NCBI GenBank assembly: GCA_025201805.1
Contig: MU619298.1
Span: 107,910-171,909, forward strand
Direction: 5' to 3'
Length of the DNA: 64,000 bases
Origin: Parasitella parasitica NRRL 2501
Lineage: Eukaryota; Fungi; Mucoromycota
This document shows, piece after piece, positions 63,818 to 64,000 of the stretch. Both the position numbers and the translations under genes were made by a program. The stretch's first letter is position 1. Each line of letters starts with the position of its first letter. Below the pieces are notes generated by a model. The model had not been told where the DNA came from. It did not search any database and saw only the letters and a program-made list of their open reading frames with translations.

Positions 63818-64000
63818 GGCAAGTATACATCCAAGTAATAGTACAATAACTGTACGTCACCATGCTCTCTGAATGCCAATATCTAACTTAGTTGTCGAGA
63901 TACTGCCAAAACAAGATTTTGCAGATATATTTTATAGCAAGCTATACGGATAATGATTAAGCAAGATTTGGCTTTGGTATACAGTAAATACAGATATTAT

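Noticed and set aside
1-64000. tRNA, rRNA, snRNA genes and U12-type introns
   Set aside because: No cloverleaf, rRNA or snRNA signature recognised by eye, and the introns I traced were GT-AG without the GTATCCTT donor. tRNAscan-SE and Infernal would be needed to exclude them.

Overview
AT-rich, intron-rich eukaryotic DNA with short GT-AG introns, poly(A/T) tracts and two N gaps. The gene set (HSF, Whi5-like, Gemin6, CFAP20, Crypton and Fanzor relics) best fits an early-diverging fungus, most likely Mucorales; this assignment is an inference. About 25 mostly housekeeping genes are interleaved with decayed mobile DNA: MedA-like, HSF, P5B-ATPase, Ufe1/Stx18, NDUFS3, ArfGAP, bHLH, LDAH, Whi5/Nrm1-like, Gemin6, a kinase, Lon/PIM1, CYSTM, APN2, MFS, RhoGAP, EF-hand, ELO, PC-esterase-like, SLC1, ARPC2, NME6 and CFAP20. 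The most striking feature is a 1312-bp palindromic (foldback) TIR element at 40435-41746. It carries two inverted copies of an Rpn/PD-(D/E)XK-like nuclease fragment and sits in an APN2 coding exon at an A^T site with no target-site duplication. Its termini also offer GT/AG sites that could splice it out in frame. Other highlights are a Fanzor1 (eukaryotic TnpB-like) relic with a microhomology-bounded internal inversion and a candidate omega-RNA hairpin, a duplicated block-conserved non-coding element upstream of the MedA-like gene, overlapping stop codons between NME6 and CFAP20, and a PC-esterase homologue lacking catalytic Ser and His. All calls come from reading the sequence by eye, with no database searches. 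Exon boundaries are hand-derived, and multi-exon CDS features give outer bounds only.
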